DNA of 64,000 nucleotides from Perkinsus olseni (Eukaryota): NCBI GenBank assembly GCA_013115125.1, contig JABANN010000002.1, positions 124,001 to 188,000 of the forward strand, read 5' to 3'. Shown piece by piece: positions 13,913 to 25,663 of this stretch (position 1 is its first letter; each line of letters starts with the position of its first letter). The notes under the pieces were generated by a model. It saw only the letters and a program-made list of their open reading frames with translations, ran no database searches and was not told where the DNA came from. The position numbers and the translations under genes were made by a program.

Positions 13913-15128
13913 CACAACGGAACTGGCGGCGAGTTCCCATAAGCTCAACTCAATTGAAATTCCAGTCATTGCTCTCAATTTGAGAGCACAGAGCTACAGC
14001 ATGCGCAACCCCGTGGGGGGTGAGCCTGGTCTTCCGGGGGCTGTCTGGAATTCCACCAATTGCAGTGCAATTAATTATTGCACCCTTAACAAGGAGCTGC
14101 GCACGTGAAAATCGATTGTACACTTCATACTATGAGGTTTCAATACGACTATTAGTCGTATTATGAGCAGCCCGGGGCCTCAGGCCCGGGTCCCAGCAAG
14201 TTGCGGGGAGTACGCGCTTGGTAGCCGCATCCAACGGTTGGATTCCAACCTCAGACGGGACAAATTCAGGTAGCGCAGGATATCTCGTCGGACGGTAACC
14301 CCCGGGGATTCCATCCCGCCTGCATTCTCGACAGGGCGTAGTGCGAGTCTCAAGCAGTTCATCAACAACGTACTGATGAGCTTACTAATAGGCAGGTCGC
14401 TTTTTGGTCTGACGATCTCGACCTGCTCCCTCTCGCTGTGCTTGTGACCTCTTCTTGACCCTGACTCAGCAGGAAACATTGCCATCGAAAAAAACCAGTT
14501 ACCGAACCCAGTAGCATTGCTATTGACATGAACACCGCCATGTGGACAAAATAGCTCTAATAGCTCTGAGACTCAGAGCTCGAAGGGTTCCACTCAGAGT
14601 CTGAGTGGAACCCTTCGAGAACGACCCTTTCCATGAGAGAATCATACAAGTCGTGTATCAGTGAAACACGGTGTGACCGCGTTTCTCGTGTAATGCAGTG
14701 ATACACCAGATCCTGGTGACCAGAATCACGAACTTTCCGTCGAATGATATGCAAGTAGAGTATCCAAACAGAGGGGACGGTCTGCGCAGGATTGGCCAAT
14801 AAATTATTGGCAATAATACCAATTGCAAATCTGAGGATATGTGGACTGCTGCAGACCATAGACGAGCTGTTGACACTACAGTAGATCGTCAAAAGCACTA
14901 AACCTCCCCCCCCCCGGATTAATATTCTTTGAATAGGTATCTTCGCAATTTCGCATTTTGGCCTTTTCAAAAGACCGTCTTCTTCATACGTGAGATTCAT
15001 AACAATTGTATGCTGCTCATCATGAGTGCACAATACGACACACGAGGATTCACAAAGCTGCTGGTACGAACTATGAGCACAACTCTTCCTCTGGTCAGTG
15101 AGCAACGTTAATGCTTAGTATATGCATA

Positions 15129-17616
15129 CTATTGGCTGCTGCTGCCTCCAGCGACTGCTTGAAGGACTGCCAGGACAACGTCCATGGACCCGTCACTAGT
15201 AACCACGATGTCATAGTAATCCAGATAGTGCTCTAACAGCTCCTTAGCCTCGGGAGAGGACTCGGGAGAATCCGCCTGAAACTCGAAAAACTAGCGGCAA
15301 CATGATTGGGACTTTCGCTACCAAGAAACCGACGGCGATTGAAGTGTGTAGCTCCGGAACAGAATCGATAAAATCAACGTCGGCGATGAGATCGCCCAGA
15401 CCTGCCAAAGAAGGCAAAAATACCGTCGGAGTCGACCAACGCTTCCATGTACCGCCCGTTCGAAAAGGCAAATCTGAAACTGAGAATTGATCCCGGATTT
15501 TTACACGCGAAATGCGGAACCCAGAATCCAATCCGGATTTCACGTTAGATTCATCGAGTATCACCGTATACCAGATATTGAGTTCAATATTGAGTAACAA
15601 AGATCTCGGTCATTGCACGATACTCTGCCAGGAGCATCAAGACAGTTGTCTATACCACTCCAAAGCGAACTTTTCCCAACCGAGAGGGCGCCTACAGATG
15701 ACGTTGTGGCGCTCCTTCCGCCTCTGGTCGTGAGCGATGTAGTCCGTGAGGGCCGACTTCTTAGTGAGGCAGTGAATTTGGGGTCCCCGGAAGGACACCA
15801 GCCTCTCAGTATCAGCATCGAACTGCATGATATTCGACACAATCGTCGCGTTGTCGAGAAAAAGGGCGTCATAGCCTCTGAAGGAGGAGTAGCGGATAAG
15901 CTGGTACAAGTAGTTGTTATTGACCCATCTCACTTCAGTATGTACTCGATAATGTTGCCGATGCCAGCGCTGAGGATGGTGACAGGAACGCTCTGCTCAT
16001 GGGCCATCTGTAACATCTCCGGTGCCATTGATCGGAGAGCGAATTTATTCGACCGACTGAAACGAAGAAAACCACAGCGTGGGCTTGATGAACAGAGGCT
16101 ATTCAACAGGCTAAACTGATCTCCCACGAGAAGGCACGGCGGTGCTAGTAACTGAGCCGTACTGTCATATGCGTTGGACTTGACACACAGCATGGTCAGA
16201 GATTTGCGCCATCCGATCACTGCCGTTGTTTGAGAGAAGCCGCGCAAACAGCACATCAATGAAGCATATTACCGGGTCGACGGCGAACAGATTCACACGA
16301 GACCCGTCCAAGGTACAAAGTGCGACGGGTCTAATAATGATGCGGCGTCTCCGATAGCGGATTGGTCGAACCTTCGGTCATAAGGTTACCATCAATCGCC
16401 CAATTCACGACTGGTTACCGCTAGGACACCAATGATGGTACACATCGGCGCGCTGAAAGTAATGATATGCCGTACCATACCACCAGTCACCATGCGAGGT
16501 GACGCATTTTTCCCGAGAGCAGCTCCAATACCGCACCTCCCGCTACTCGCAGGTTCCCAGAGTGCGTGACTTACCGGGCGAAATCGACAACCTCTTCAAC
16601 GCCATGCTTGTAGACCTCCTGTTCACAGATCAACTTCTCCGACTCCGTCCACCAGTAGTCCATATGCTTATGCTTCTCCTCGCGCGCCATGGTCGGGTCC
16701 ATCTGAACACCGCGCCGGTTTTGATATCTTTCCGCTTGACGACGCCCCAAGTCACCTCTATAGGATAGTATTTCTCCACAAGAGATCGGGACTTGGCGAA
16801 AAAATCATCAGTGAACTTCGGGTAGGTCTCGAAGATGCCGTGGCACGATTGCCCGGCCACGCCAGGCGACACATAGTGGCTGGAAAGGGACAATTGCTCA
16901 AGACCAGGGAGTTCATATTATTACGATTCCCGAGATCTCTTATAAAATATATATTAGATTATTGACACCATAGGAAGCTTAAATAATGTATTGAAGAGGT
17001 AACCCCTATGTGGCAGATAAACAGAATTAGGCATTGGCAACGAAAAAGCGTAGCACGACCATTTCGGCAGGTAAAATGAGAGTGAAAGCGTTCTCGTCTA
17101 TACAATATAATACGCAGACCGCGCGCTTTTGGATGGTATATGTCTCGCGAGCTCAATCAACGTAGTCCTGGAGGAATTATTTTGAACGAAAGCACGCACA
17201 AAAACGCGCAGAAGTGTCGGTATATGCTCCGCTGGCTCCACCATAATATGGATATGTTTATATACCATTTTTGCCTCCATACTAGACAGCTAGAGGTGCC
17301 AGATAATCCTCGGTGGCAGGCATGTCTCCGACTTCGACTAGAGTGAATTCACGATACTACCCAGAGCCTCGCTGGATCGAGGACATAAACGATGACGTGG
17401 GCCGCACTAGAGTACGAGCGCGGAGCCTTCCGAAGCACGTCTCATGGCCCACCTCGTTAACGTGCGGTCGAAATCCGTGACAATCTGCAGGTTTTCAAGA
17501 CCTCCATCCGCCACTATCTTGTGCAGTTTCTCCCGAAGCGTGGCGGTATCCCGAACGTGGACGTTGGAGCGGGCGGCGAGCCGGGCCAGACTAGGGGACG
17601 TCATTGGAGGGCTCAT
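15129..17616 (-). CDS. NT5C3: cytosolic pyrimidine 5'-nucleotidase (NT5C3/UMPH-1 family HAD), multi-exon
   Basis: LQIVTDFDRTLT (HAD motif I), SCHGIF, KYYPIE, VTILSAGIGNIIEYIL, IVSNIMQFD, YLDYYDIVVTSDGSMD; first intron 16880-17452 gives an in-frame join. Confidence 0.9.
17095..17245 (-). mobile_element. partial copy of a DINE-1/HINE-like dispersed repeat in NT5C3 intron 1
   Basis: Reverse complement aligns with 27383-27530 (agcggagcatatac..cacttctgcgc..tttgtgcgt..ctcgcgagaca..taccat). Confidence 0.65.
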
Positions 17617-18360
17617 AGGGCAGTTTGGGAGTAACAATGATATGGGTAACACTGTGTGAAAAAATCCCACACCAAGCTATGCAATAGATGAGCCGGGGCG
17701 AACCACCACTCAGAACAGTTCATACCAACAATTGCCGAACGAGCAGAAGATTAGGTGAGGAGGCAGTGTGCCAGCGACGCTCTATGAATTGACTGACCCA
17801 GACCCCCAAGACGACGCAAACCACTGAAGTCCGATTCTCCTCGAGGTTTTAAGCTATGGTCTTCATAACGGTCGAGGTGTTATACGCGGAGCGCTAATGG
17901 ATTCCATTGCCCGACCGTCCGCCATACGTTCGACGGCTAGCGAGATCCAAGATTCGATGAGCTTTCGGAATTCCGCCGACTCTTGCACCTGTGAAGCAGC
18001 GTTTCTTCGCAGCGGGCTCAATCACAGCAGGCGATTGTGTCTGTCATTGTGCGTGTCACTTAGTTTGACGACCTCGAGCGTTGCCAAGCCATCAGGGATG
18101 GAGGAACTCCCTGCCATACAATAGGACGTAGCGCAGGATTGAGGTTGACGAATTTTAGAGCGCAATATGGCCAGCTATCCGTGTCCGGCCTCCCCAAGGC
18201 AGTACCCCAATGAAATACCGCGTGAAAATACAGATGGCTCCCAAGGACTTATCAAATCCGAACGAGGACATTGACAATAAGGCGAACACACAAAAGACTT
18301 CGATAAGACGTCCCAATAGAAAACCGCCCCCTCTAACTTAAAACAAAAAGTTCATCAGTC

Positions 18361-19253
18361 TCAGAAACGTCGCCGTTTTCGCACAGCGCCATCGAGCGTT
18401 GGTTGCGGCGGTTGAAATCGGGATTCGGCCGCCAAGTACATAACCGTGCCCATCTCGACGACAGCCACCACGGTCTGTCTGTCAGTGGGGAGCTCCGCCT
18501 CGCCGAAACGCGTGTAAGCACTAGAAACCACGACGACATCAAACTCGCCACGTACTGCAGCCGAATCGGAGGTCGTTACCGTGAAAAGGAGCGGTGGCTG
18601 CCTAATAAGAATACCACTTATCCAAGTTTTCGCCAGAGGCATTAGGGAGGAATACGCGCCCTGATTGAGAGTGCTCTCGAAGGGGTATAGAACCGTCGAA
18701 TGGTAGGTAACTCGTACACTCTAACGCCGCCATTACCGCAAAAACTATTCTCCCTGAACACAGACTAAAGGCCCCACTGGCAAGTTCAGACGTCCCATCG
18801 TCATTGCAAAGCTGCAACGAGCTCGAGTGAGTTCACGAATTTGAACCCACCTCCCCGACGCCCCTATCACCTGTCCTCAAATCCCCTTCCTCGCTGAACA
18901 TCATATCCCGCCCGTTTCAAATTGGCATATACCAAATACGCGTCCACGGCCCTCTGGCCCATCCGCTCCAACAGCCGCCATAAGTCCTCCGCCCGAAGAC
19001 CATCAACAACCAGGGACCCGCGCTCAGCCAAATACAGAGCTTCCTCCAAGTTAAGGTCTCTTCTATTAGGAGCGATCGACTGCAGGGCCTTGCCGCTCCG
19101 TGAAGTGACAGTCACCTTGCATGCTTCCGCGTCCCATACACCCCGGGATTCTCCATGCTCTTGCGCGGCCAGCTGGGACCGCAATAGCTGCTCTGTCACG
19201 ATCAACTCTCCCCGCTTCCCATCGACGCAAGGCGACTCTTCCGACATGGCCAA
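18361..19253 (-). CDS. TSEN54: tRNA-splicing endonuclease subunit Sen54-like, 2 exons (intron 18602-18870)
   Basis: LEEALYLAERGSL and YLVYANLKRAGYDV (Sen54 N-terminal motifs); C-terminal VVAVVEMGTVMYL; GT-AG join keeps the frame. Confidence 0.75.
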
Positions 19254-19795
19254 GGAGAATACTGATTCAGATCACACTGACCCTCCCCATCAAATCTGAG
19301 CGTTCGCCTTCCAAGCGCATCATTAAAATGCGATCTGTCGACATACGACCTTTCTAGCTTTGAATATTACCGGAAGCATTACTGTCGGATACTCTACGAG
19401 TATCCACTTCTCCTTCTTCATATCCCTTGCGCTGTGATATTCCCCGCTAAACCGAACTGACAGCTTTGACTTGTCTCGCGATAGGCTCTGAGGAATGCTG
19501 ACGAATCATGGCATCGCCATAACCCGCTTAGTCTGATAACCCACTACCGTCTAGTCCCCAAGACGCCGTCGCTGAACAGGTTCGCCGCCCAGTACTCGGG
19601 TGGAGTTGAAATTGCTTTCCGCTACATTGAATGGTGACTACACAAAACACTGATCCTCCCCGGGGGTATACAGCAGCAGCGACTGCGAGTGTTAAGAATG
19701 GCAATAAGCAAATCTTGCTCTCTTGCCAATCCTAGCCATTCCTCAACGTTCTCAACAAATGTGCAAAGCAAGAGATCTCTCTCAGTGATCACTGA

Positions 19796-22700
19796 TCAGT
19801 CGCCCTGCTCGCTAACACTAGGCGGTGTCTCCACTTTCGGTTTGGGCTTCTTCCCATCTTCATCATCATCGTCAGACTCGTACTCGTCATCGGAGTCGAC
19901 CTCAGCACCTGTCCACAGGACAATGTCACTTCATCTCATTTCATCAGGAAGAATAGCCGAGAGAACATTTAGCCTCTCAATATGGTCGAAGGTCCCGGGT
20001 TCGAATCCCACGGCCGTCAATTCTACTGTCAACTCACCCATCATCTGTTGGAAGAGCGAAGGTGCAAGATCAATGTCGACATCCTCTTGGTGGATAATCA
20101 CTTCGCGCTTAACCTGAGCACCAAACTGCAACTCAGCTGACATCTTGCAATCTTGCTCACCTCGTCTTTCTTCAACGCAGTGAACTCGACGGGTATGCGT
20201 TGGTCCAGACCAGCGTAGGAGTCGCACATTATTTGCAGCATGAATTGATGCTTGCCGGCCTCCCTTATCGGGAAGAGTATCTTAACTTCACCCTCCTTCT
20301 CAAGCGAGCGGTATCGCTCCATTGCGAGGAAGCGCCCGCTGTGACCATCCAGTCTGAAGAAGCGAGAGACCTACTATGCGCCACCGAGATATTGTCATAC
20401 GGGTTTTCAGCCGAAAGCGTTCCAAATTCATTCGCTACTTAGTGAAGACTTAGTGGACTAAGACCCTCCGGGCCTTCCGCCATCCACTGCTGCTTCCTCC
20501 ATAGATATGAGGGTCAACATTGAGGTTCGCAAGCTATAACGACGAGTCAGAACTTTCCCCACCCCGGGATTGAACCCACGACCTCCAGCCTGCTTACAAG
20601 AAGATCCACCACTCTTCGAATTTGGCTTGAGGATAATACGGGGCATGCACTGGTCCAGCCGCCTCGCCCTCCTGCAGGTTCTCGCGATTCAGCTTGATTA
20701 CGAGCGTTCCGATGTCTCCCTCCACAATCTCGTTCTCATCGACAACCTCCACCCTGGTCTAAAGAAAAACACCAATCACAGCGCAAGGTGAATCAATCAA
20801 TAGCGCACGCCCAAGTGATCGATTTGGACTCACCTCAATGCTCATCCTCGTCACGTGTTGAACGAATGCCTCAACGTCGGCGAGCTCTTGATCGTTCATG
20901 TCGGCACAGCCTGAAAATGAAAAGATACGCCACGGAGAACCAGCCGGCGGCGATGACCCGACTGACGAATGCAAAATCGTTCCAGGAATCCGTAATGGAG
21001 TGGTACTGACGATATCGACAGCAGTCGGTTCAAATACAGGCGAGAAAGACGCGAGGACGAACACGGCCAGAGAAAGCAACATGCGCTGCCGCGAGTTGAA
21101 GATCGAAAGCAGACGCTGGGCGACTCACCCTTCCGGTCCTTCCCAGTCTTATCAGAGTTGAGGAAGTCCTTGAAAGCAGTGGCAGTGTTGGGCTTATTCT
21201 TTGTAGCATGACGGGCCTGCTACGACGAATAAGAGCAAAAAAGATGAAGTAGCCGAGGATTGATCCCGGGTGATTATCATAAGAGCGTTCGGCTCAACCA
21301 CCACACCATATTTCCAGTACTACCCTCTCGCCATCGAAGTGGGGCACCTGATACATGGCGTTGCAGCGTTGGTCAAGAGCTTGCACCAGACATCGCAGGA
21401 GCTCCACCATGCTCATACAGGTCGGCCTGAATTTCAAAGCACAGTGCAGCCGCCAGGGATCGAACCCGGGACCTCGAGCTTACAGCCACTCTCTCATCGC
21501 TGAGATCTCCACCATGGCTTGCACTACCGGTACCAAGCGGACGATCAGCGTATCCGTGACGGCCCTGATCACCACAACCCCATACCCACTCAAGAAACGT
21601 ACAAAAACTCTAGGCTCGAGAGAGCGTTTAAAGGACGCCGTACTGAGCCTGAATCCACCCCTCACGAAGAAGCCCTCTATGACCACTCGCGCAGCCGCCC
21701 GACCGAGATGACCAATCACCACTACTACCTCAGTCTCGGAGTCATCAAGTCCTGCAGCCTCTGCATGTGAGCTTCGATGAGAATCCTGTTGCGTCTGATG
21801 ACACCTGGACGATCGAACTGCGGCTTCTTGGGTTCTTGGACGGCTCCAACCTAGCAGAGAGAATAACGTCAACGCGAGCCAACAAGACAGGTATTCTTGC
21901 AAGGCGAGCAAATTATTTCAATTTGATCCCTTCGGAGTGCGTCCGAGGAGTATCTTTCTTACGTCCATCAGTGATATAAGGCATCATATATTCCCGATAA
22001 TGGAAAACTTCAGCGAGCAAGTTTTGGAGAGATCATGCACGTGAGCCCGGTGGGGTGAGGAGCTGCTCCTAGTTACATGATTGAGGCAAATAGAAAGCAG
22101 AATCCAGCTACTGCCACGAGTGCTGCGCAATTCACACACTGTTAGACATACCATATGTTACAGCGAGAAAAAAGGAAATATGCAAAACTGAGGCCACGTT
22201 GCCGCAGCAGCTGCCACGTGGTCCTACTTCTGTTGTATTTTCTTGACGACAGCAGGAAGGTTCCTACTTACGTCGCACTTTTACAAATTGTGAACTGTAT
22301 AAGAACGAAGTTGCATTAAGAGGTGATAGAAAGGTCCCTCATCAGCCAGCCTCGGCTGATATCACAATCACAGGGCTCGGATACGCCCAGGCATCAGGCG
22401 CTGTTATCCACTAACAACTGCGCATTAAAGGAAGGATGTCGTCGAACCAATCCCTTCAGCATGAGGAAGAACCGCCAGAAGGAAATGTGCACCACAGCAC
22501 CGCTCGAAACTCATCAATTTCCATTTACGCTATCAACCGAGCAGCTACCGCAAGGAGCCGTTCTTTTCCACCGCCGCCTTTCTCACCAATGGTTTCATCT
22601 CGGCTTCGTCGTTGAGGTCCGAGTCCATCGTACGGGACTCTGCCGCACAGGATAGAAGTTCCGGACCTACCATCCACGATAATTTCGTGGCGCGCGGTCA

Positions 22701-24261
22701 TTCGGTGTGGTACCATTCTTGACTCTGGTCGTCTCGGTGAGGTAGTATCCCATGAACTGCAAGGTCTCCACCATAACACCATTAGGTGCGTACCTACGCC
22801 AGGTCCGCGGTTCGAACCCCAGCAGCGGCAATTTTTATTACAATTTCTGCCTCTGATAATAGTAGATGAATCCAGCAGGAATCACGAAGAGGAGAATTAA
22901 GAAAAAAATGATCAGAACGACGACTTGGTTCTGTTGCTCCAACAAGAAGGACGGCAGACCAACACCAATCTGATAGAAAAACAGGAAAACCATCTCAGCC
23001 ACCCGAGTTCGATCCCCGGGCCCTCCATTTTACCTTCATCGTTTGTGGGCCATCAGGGTTGCCATACTTCTCATAGTTAGCCTTAGCAACTTCATCAGTG
23101 AGGGCCTGGTAGGCCTTCGAAATTTGAATGAATTTGGCATTGGCCAAAGGGTCACCCTGGTTTCGGTCAGGATGGTACCTGGCATTGAGAAGTTCTACAG
23201 CTAGAGGTGTCAGAAAAATACCAACTTACACAAGTGACTGCTTCCGGTAAGCTTTTTTGATCTGCGCGTCCGTGGCTCCAACTTCAATGCCGAGAATTGA
23301 AAATGGGTCGAAGGATTTCACCTCGACTTCCTGGGAGAGAGCATGTTTTGTCATGAGAATGACTAGCATCAACCTCAAGATACTTACCGAGTTCATACAG
23401 TGTACTGCAGTGAGGCCCAAAAGATACCATAATGAGCATAGTACAACTGCACGTATCCAGAATCCCTTGGAGAAACGCTTCGACCTGAAAGATACCTCAC
23501 GCGCACGCGGAAGATTATGCATCTAACAGTATGACTTTCAAGCTCCCGTAGAACACCTGCCCGAATGCTCATCTTTCGCGATGGGAATAACGGTATCAAT
23601 AGGTTGAGGCAAGGTATTTACGAAATTGAAGATTCCTTCGTTCGCTTGCTAAGGTCATTCGCTATCTTAACAAGCACTCCGAGTGTCGAAGTCCGAGACA
23701 ACTTCATAGTTAAACGATACGTTACTTGAGACGCGACTGGAGCATGTATCGACCTCTGATACGCCCGTCCAGCACAAACAACAGATCCGTCAGCGCTGCT
23801 GACCCAAGCACTCACAGACAACGAATTTGTCGTGCCCGGGAAAGCCGTAATGACCGACAACTCACCATTTCTTCTCCTCTGCTTTGCACTCGTCAACCTT
23901 CTCGACCATAGTCGATGATTTACAGTATCTATGGAGGGTTGGTGGAAGTACAGCTAGAGGTGTCAGAATAATATACGCACTTCAGTTTAGAGCCTTTTTC
24001 GCTGTACAAAGGCCACTGCTCGTCATGAACCTTGTGCTCGGGCCAGATCAAACTGTAGATGATGCTATAAGTCCACGGCACCTGAAAGTCATCACATTAG
24101 TCGACCTATTTTGTATCCTGCAAGCATCAACCTAGGATTCCCGGTATTACCACTATGCAACATAGAACGGCGCCAGCGAAGAAAAAGAAGGCCGAGTCAT
24201 CGTAGGCCAGAGTCCCCTCCTTATGCTCGTCCTTCGTGAAGGTGTCGCGAAAAGACGACAT
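19796..24261 (-). CDS. SEC63: Sec63 ER translocon DnaJ co-chaperone, many exons
   Basis: [12 protein letters not shown]-terminus, J-domain [34 protein letters not shown], Sec63/Brl domain (CDSYAGLD), acidic tail. Confidence 0.93.
19990..20019 (+). other. tRNA 3'-half-like/B-box element, antisense in SEC63 intron 19909-20037
   Basis: aggtc ccggg ttcgaat cccac ggccgtc a; no 5' half upstream. Confidence 0.75.
20556..20584 (-). other. tRNA 3'-half-like element, sense, at the 5' end of a SEC63 intron (donor at 20597)
   Basis: gtaagcaggctgg aggtc gtggg ttcaat cccgg ggtgggg a. Confidence 0.7.
21445..21474 (-). other. tRNA 3'-half-like element, sense, in 57-nt SEC63 intron 21427-21483
   Basis: gtaagctcg aggtc ccggg ttcgatc cctgg cggctgc a; T-stem can pair fully. 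Confidence 0.8.
22801..22836 (+). other. tRNA 3'-half-like element plus T5 run, antisense, in 48-nt SEC63 intron 22794-22841
   Basis: aggtc cgcgg ttcgaac cccag cagcggc a attttt. Confidence 0.8.
23001..23031 (+). other. tRNA 3'-half-like element plus T4 run, antisense, in 64-nt SEC63 intron 22970-23033
   Basis: ac ccgag ttcgatc cccgg gccctcc a tttt ac. Confidence 0.75.
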
Positions 24262-24300
24262 TTCCGGTAAAAAAGGTCGCTCAGACTAACAACACATCGA

Positions 24301-24705
24301 CTCCTAGTGATACAGCAGGAAATCCCGATGGACCTATCCTAGTGCCTTCGGAAGGTATCCTTCTCACGCCCATCAGTTACGGAAGCTTCTAAGGAGCATT
24401 AACCCAGCTCTCTAGGATACAGCAGAGACTCTCAATGGCCCGTTGACAATGGGCCTATCTTAGTGCCAGGTATCTTCCTTACGCCCATTAGTAAACTGAT
24501 CTTCAAGGAACATTAACCCAGCGCTCCTAGTGATACAGCACAGTCACGAAAGACCCGTCTTACTGCCTGTCAAGAGTATCTTTCTTACGCCCATCAGTCA
24601 CAGAAGCTTCCAAATAGCATCAACCCAGCGCTCTTGGATACGTTAAGGAACTGCCTTCCAAGAGCATCTTTCTGACGCCCATCAGTCGCAGGAGCTGTCA
24701 AGGAC
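24301..24705 (-). repeat. four diverged ~105-115 bp tandem units upstream of the SEC63 start codon
   Basis: Recurrent ctag(t)gatacagca ... tatc.ttc.tacgcccat.agt ... aacccagc at ~24301, 24409, 24524 and 24631. Confidence 0.85.
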
Positions 24706-25663
24706 TACGCTGAGACTACCGACAAACTAACCCAGCAATGACACAGTAGTTTCAAGTGGTCGAGCTCACCCATGCGTCCGCGCTTGTCGATGTTGGTAAC
24801 AGTAGCAGATCACAGTATAAATACCCAGACAAGGCCTTCCTGACGCAGGGGCGAAGCTCGTTTTTTCTGCGACAACTTCTACAGAGTCATGTCATCGTCA
24901 TTTTAGAATAAGTTAGTCATCGATCCTTCGTGTAAGATCGCAATCTTAATAATAAGTTTCTGATTCCTTTCTAGGAGTTTTCAACTACACAATAACAAGG
25001 CAGACAGGATTCGGGTAGGTCACTGTCTGCATACAACGTAAACGCCACGGCCGATATTTTCCTCATTCCCCAACCTGTATATGGTACAGCTAACCACGAC
25101 TAACAACTCACAGAAACCTACTGTCGGCAGTGGGTAAGATCATCACGAGGACAACTGCACGAAAATTTTTCATGCATTTAGGTCAAACTATTCAAGACTA
25201 GGCGGCGGAGGAGAAAGTTAAGGGCAAAGGTGGAAGTCTAAGCAGAAGGGCGAAAATCTAAAGAAAGCTAGTAAAAAAAGGAAAAAGTTAGTTGAATTTT
25301 ATCTTCTTGAGCGAATCTATTTTTCTGAGGACTTTTCCGGTATCCTGGGGATGGCTGTTCTTTCATGCTGGCATGGTACAGGTTAACTTCACCTGGTACT
25401 GTTTCTGCTGTTGTAAACGTTTCACTTGTGATTCGTGTAATTTACCATCTCGAACGTGCATGGTTCTGTTTCCACTGAGAGAAAGGTTAACCTTACCCCC
25501 TGTTCAGTAAAGTAATTCTGAGTATTCAGAAGCGATTCTAAAATTGATTTGTACGCGTAAAGTGTGGTTCCAGAATCGAGTCTCTGAATCGGGTTATTCA
25601 ACGGCCCCAGGGAGTATCTTTTTCTATGCTGGCATGATACAGGTTAACCTCAGTTGGTCTACC

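Noticed and set aside
14180-15105. Minus-strand ORFs downstream of NT5C3
   Set aside because: No recognisable domain or consistent exon chain
23001-23033. LTR retrotransposon primer-binding site (TGG... antisense to tRNA)
   Set aside because: The TGG is acceptor CC plus discriminator by tRNA spacing, not an added CCA; no LTR or gag-pol nearby
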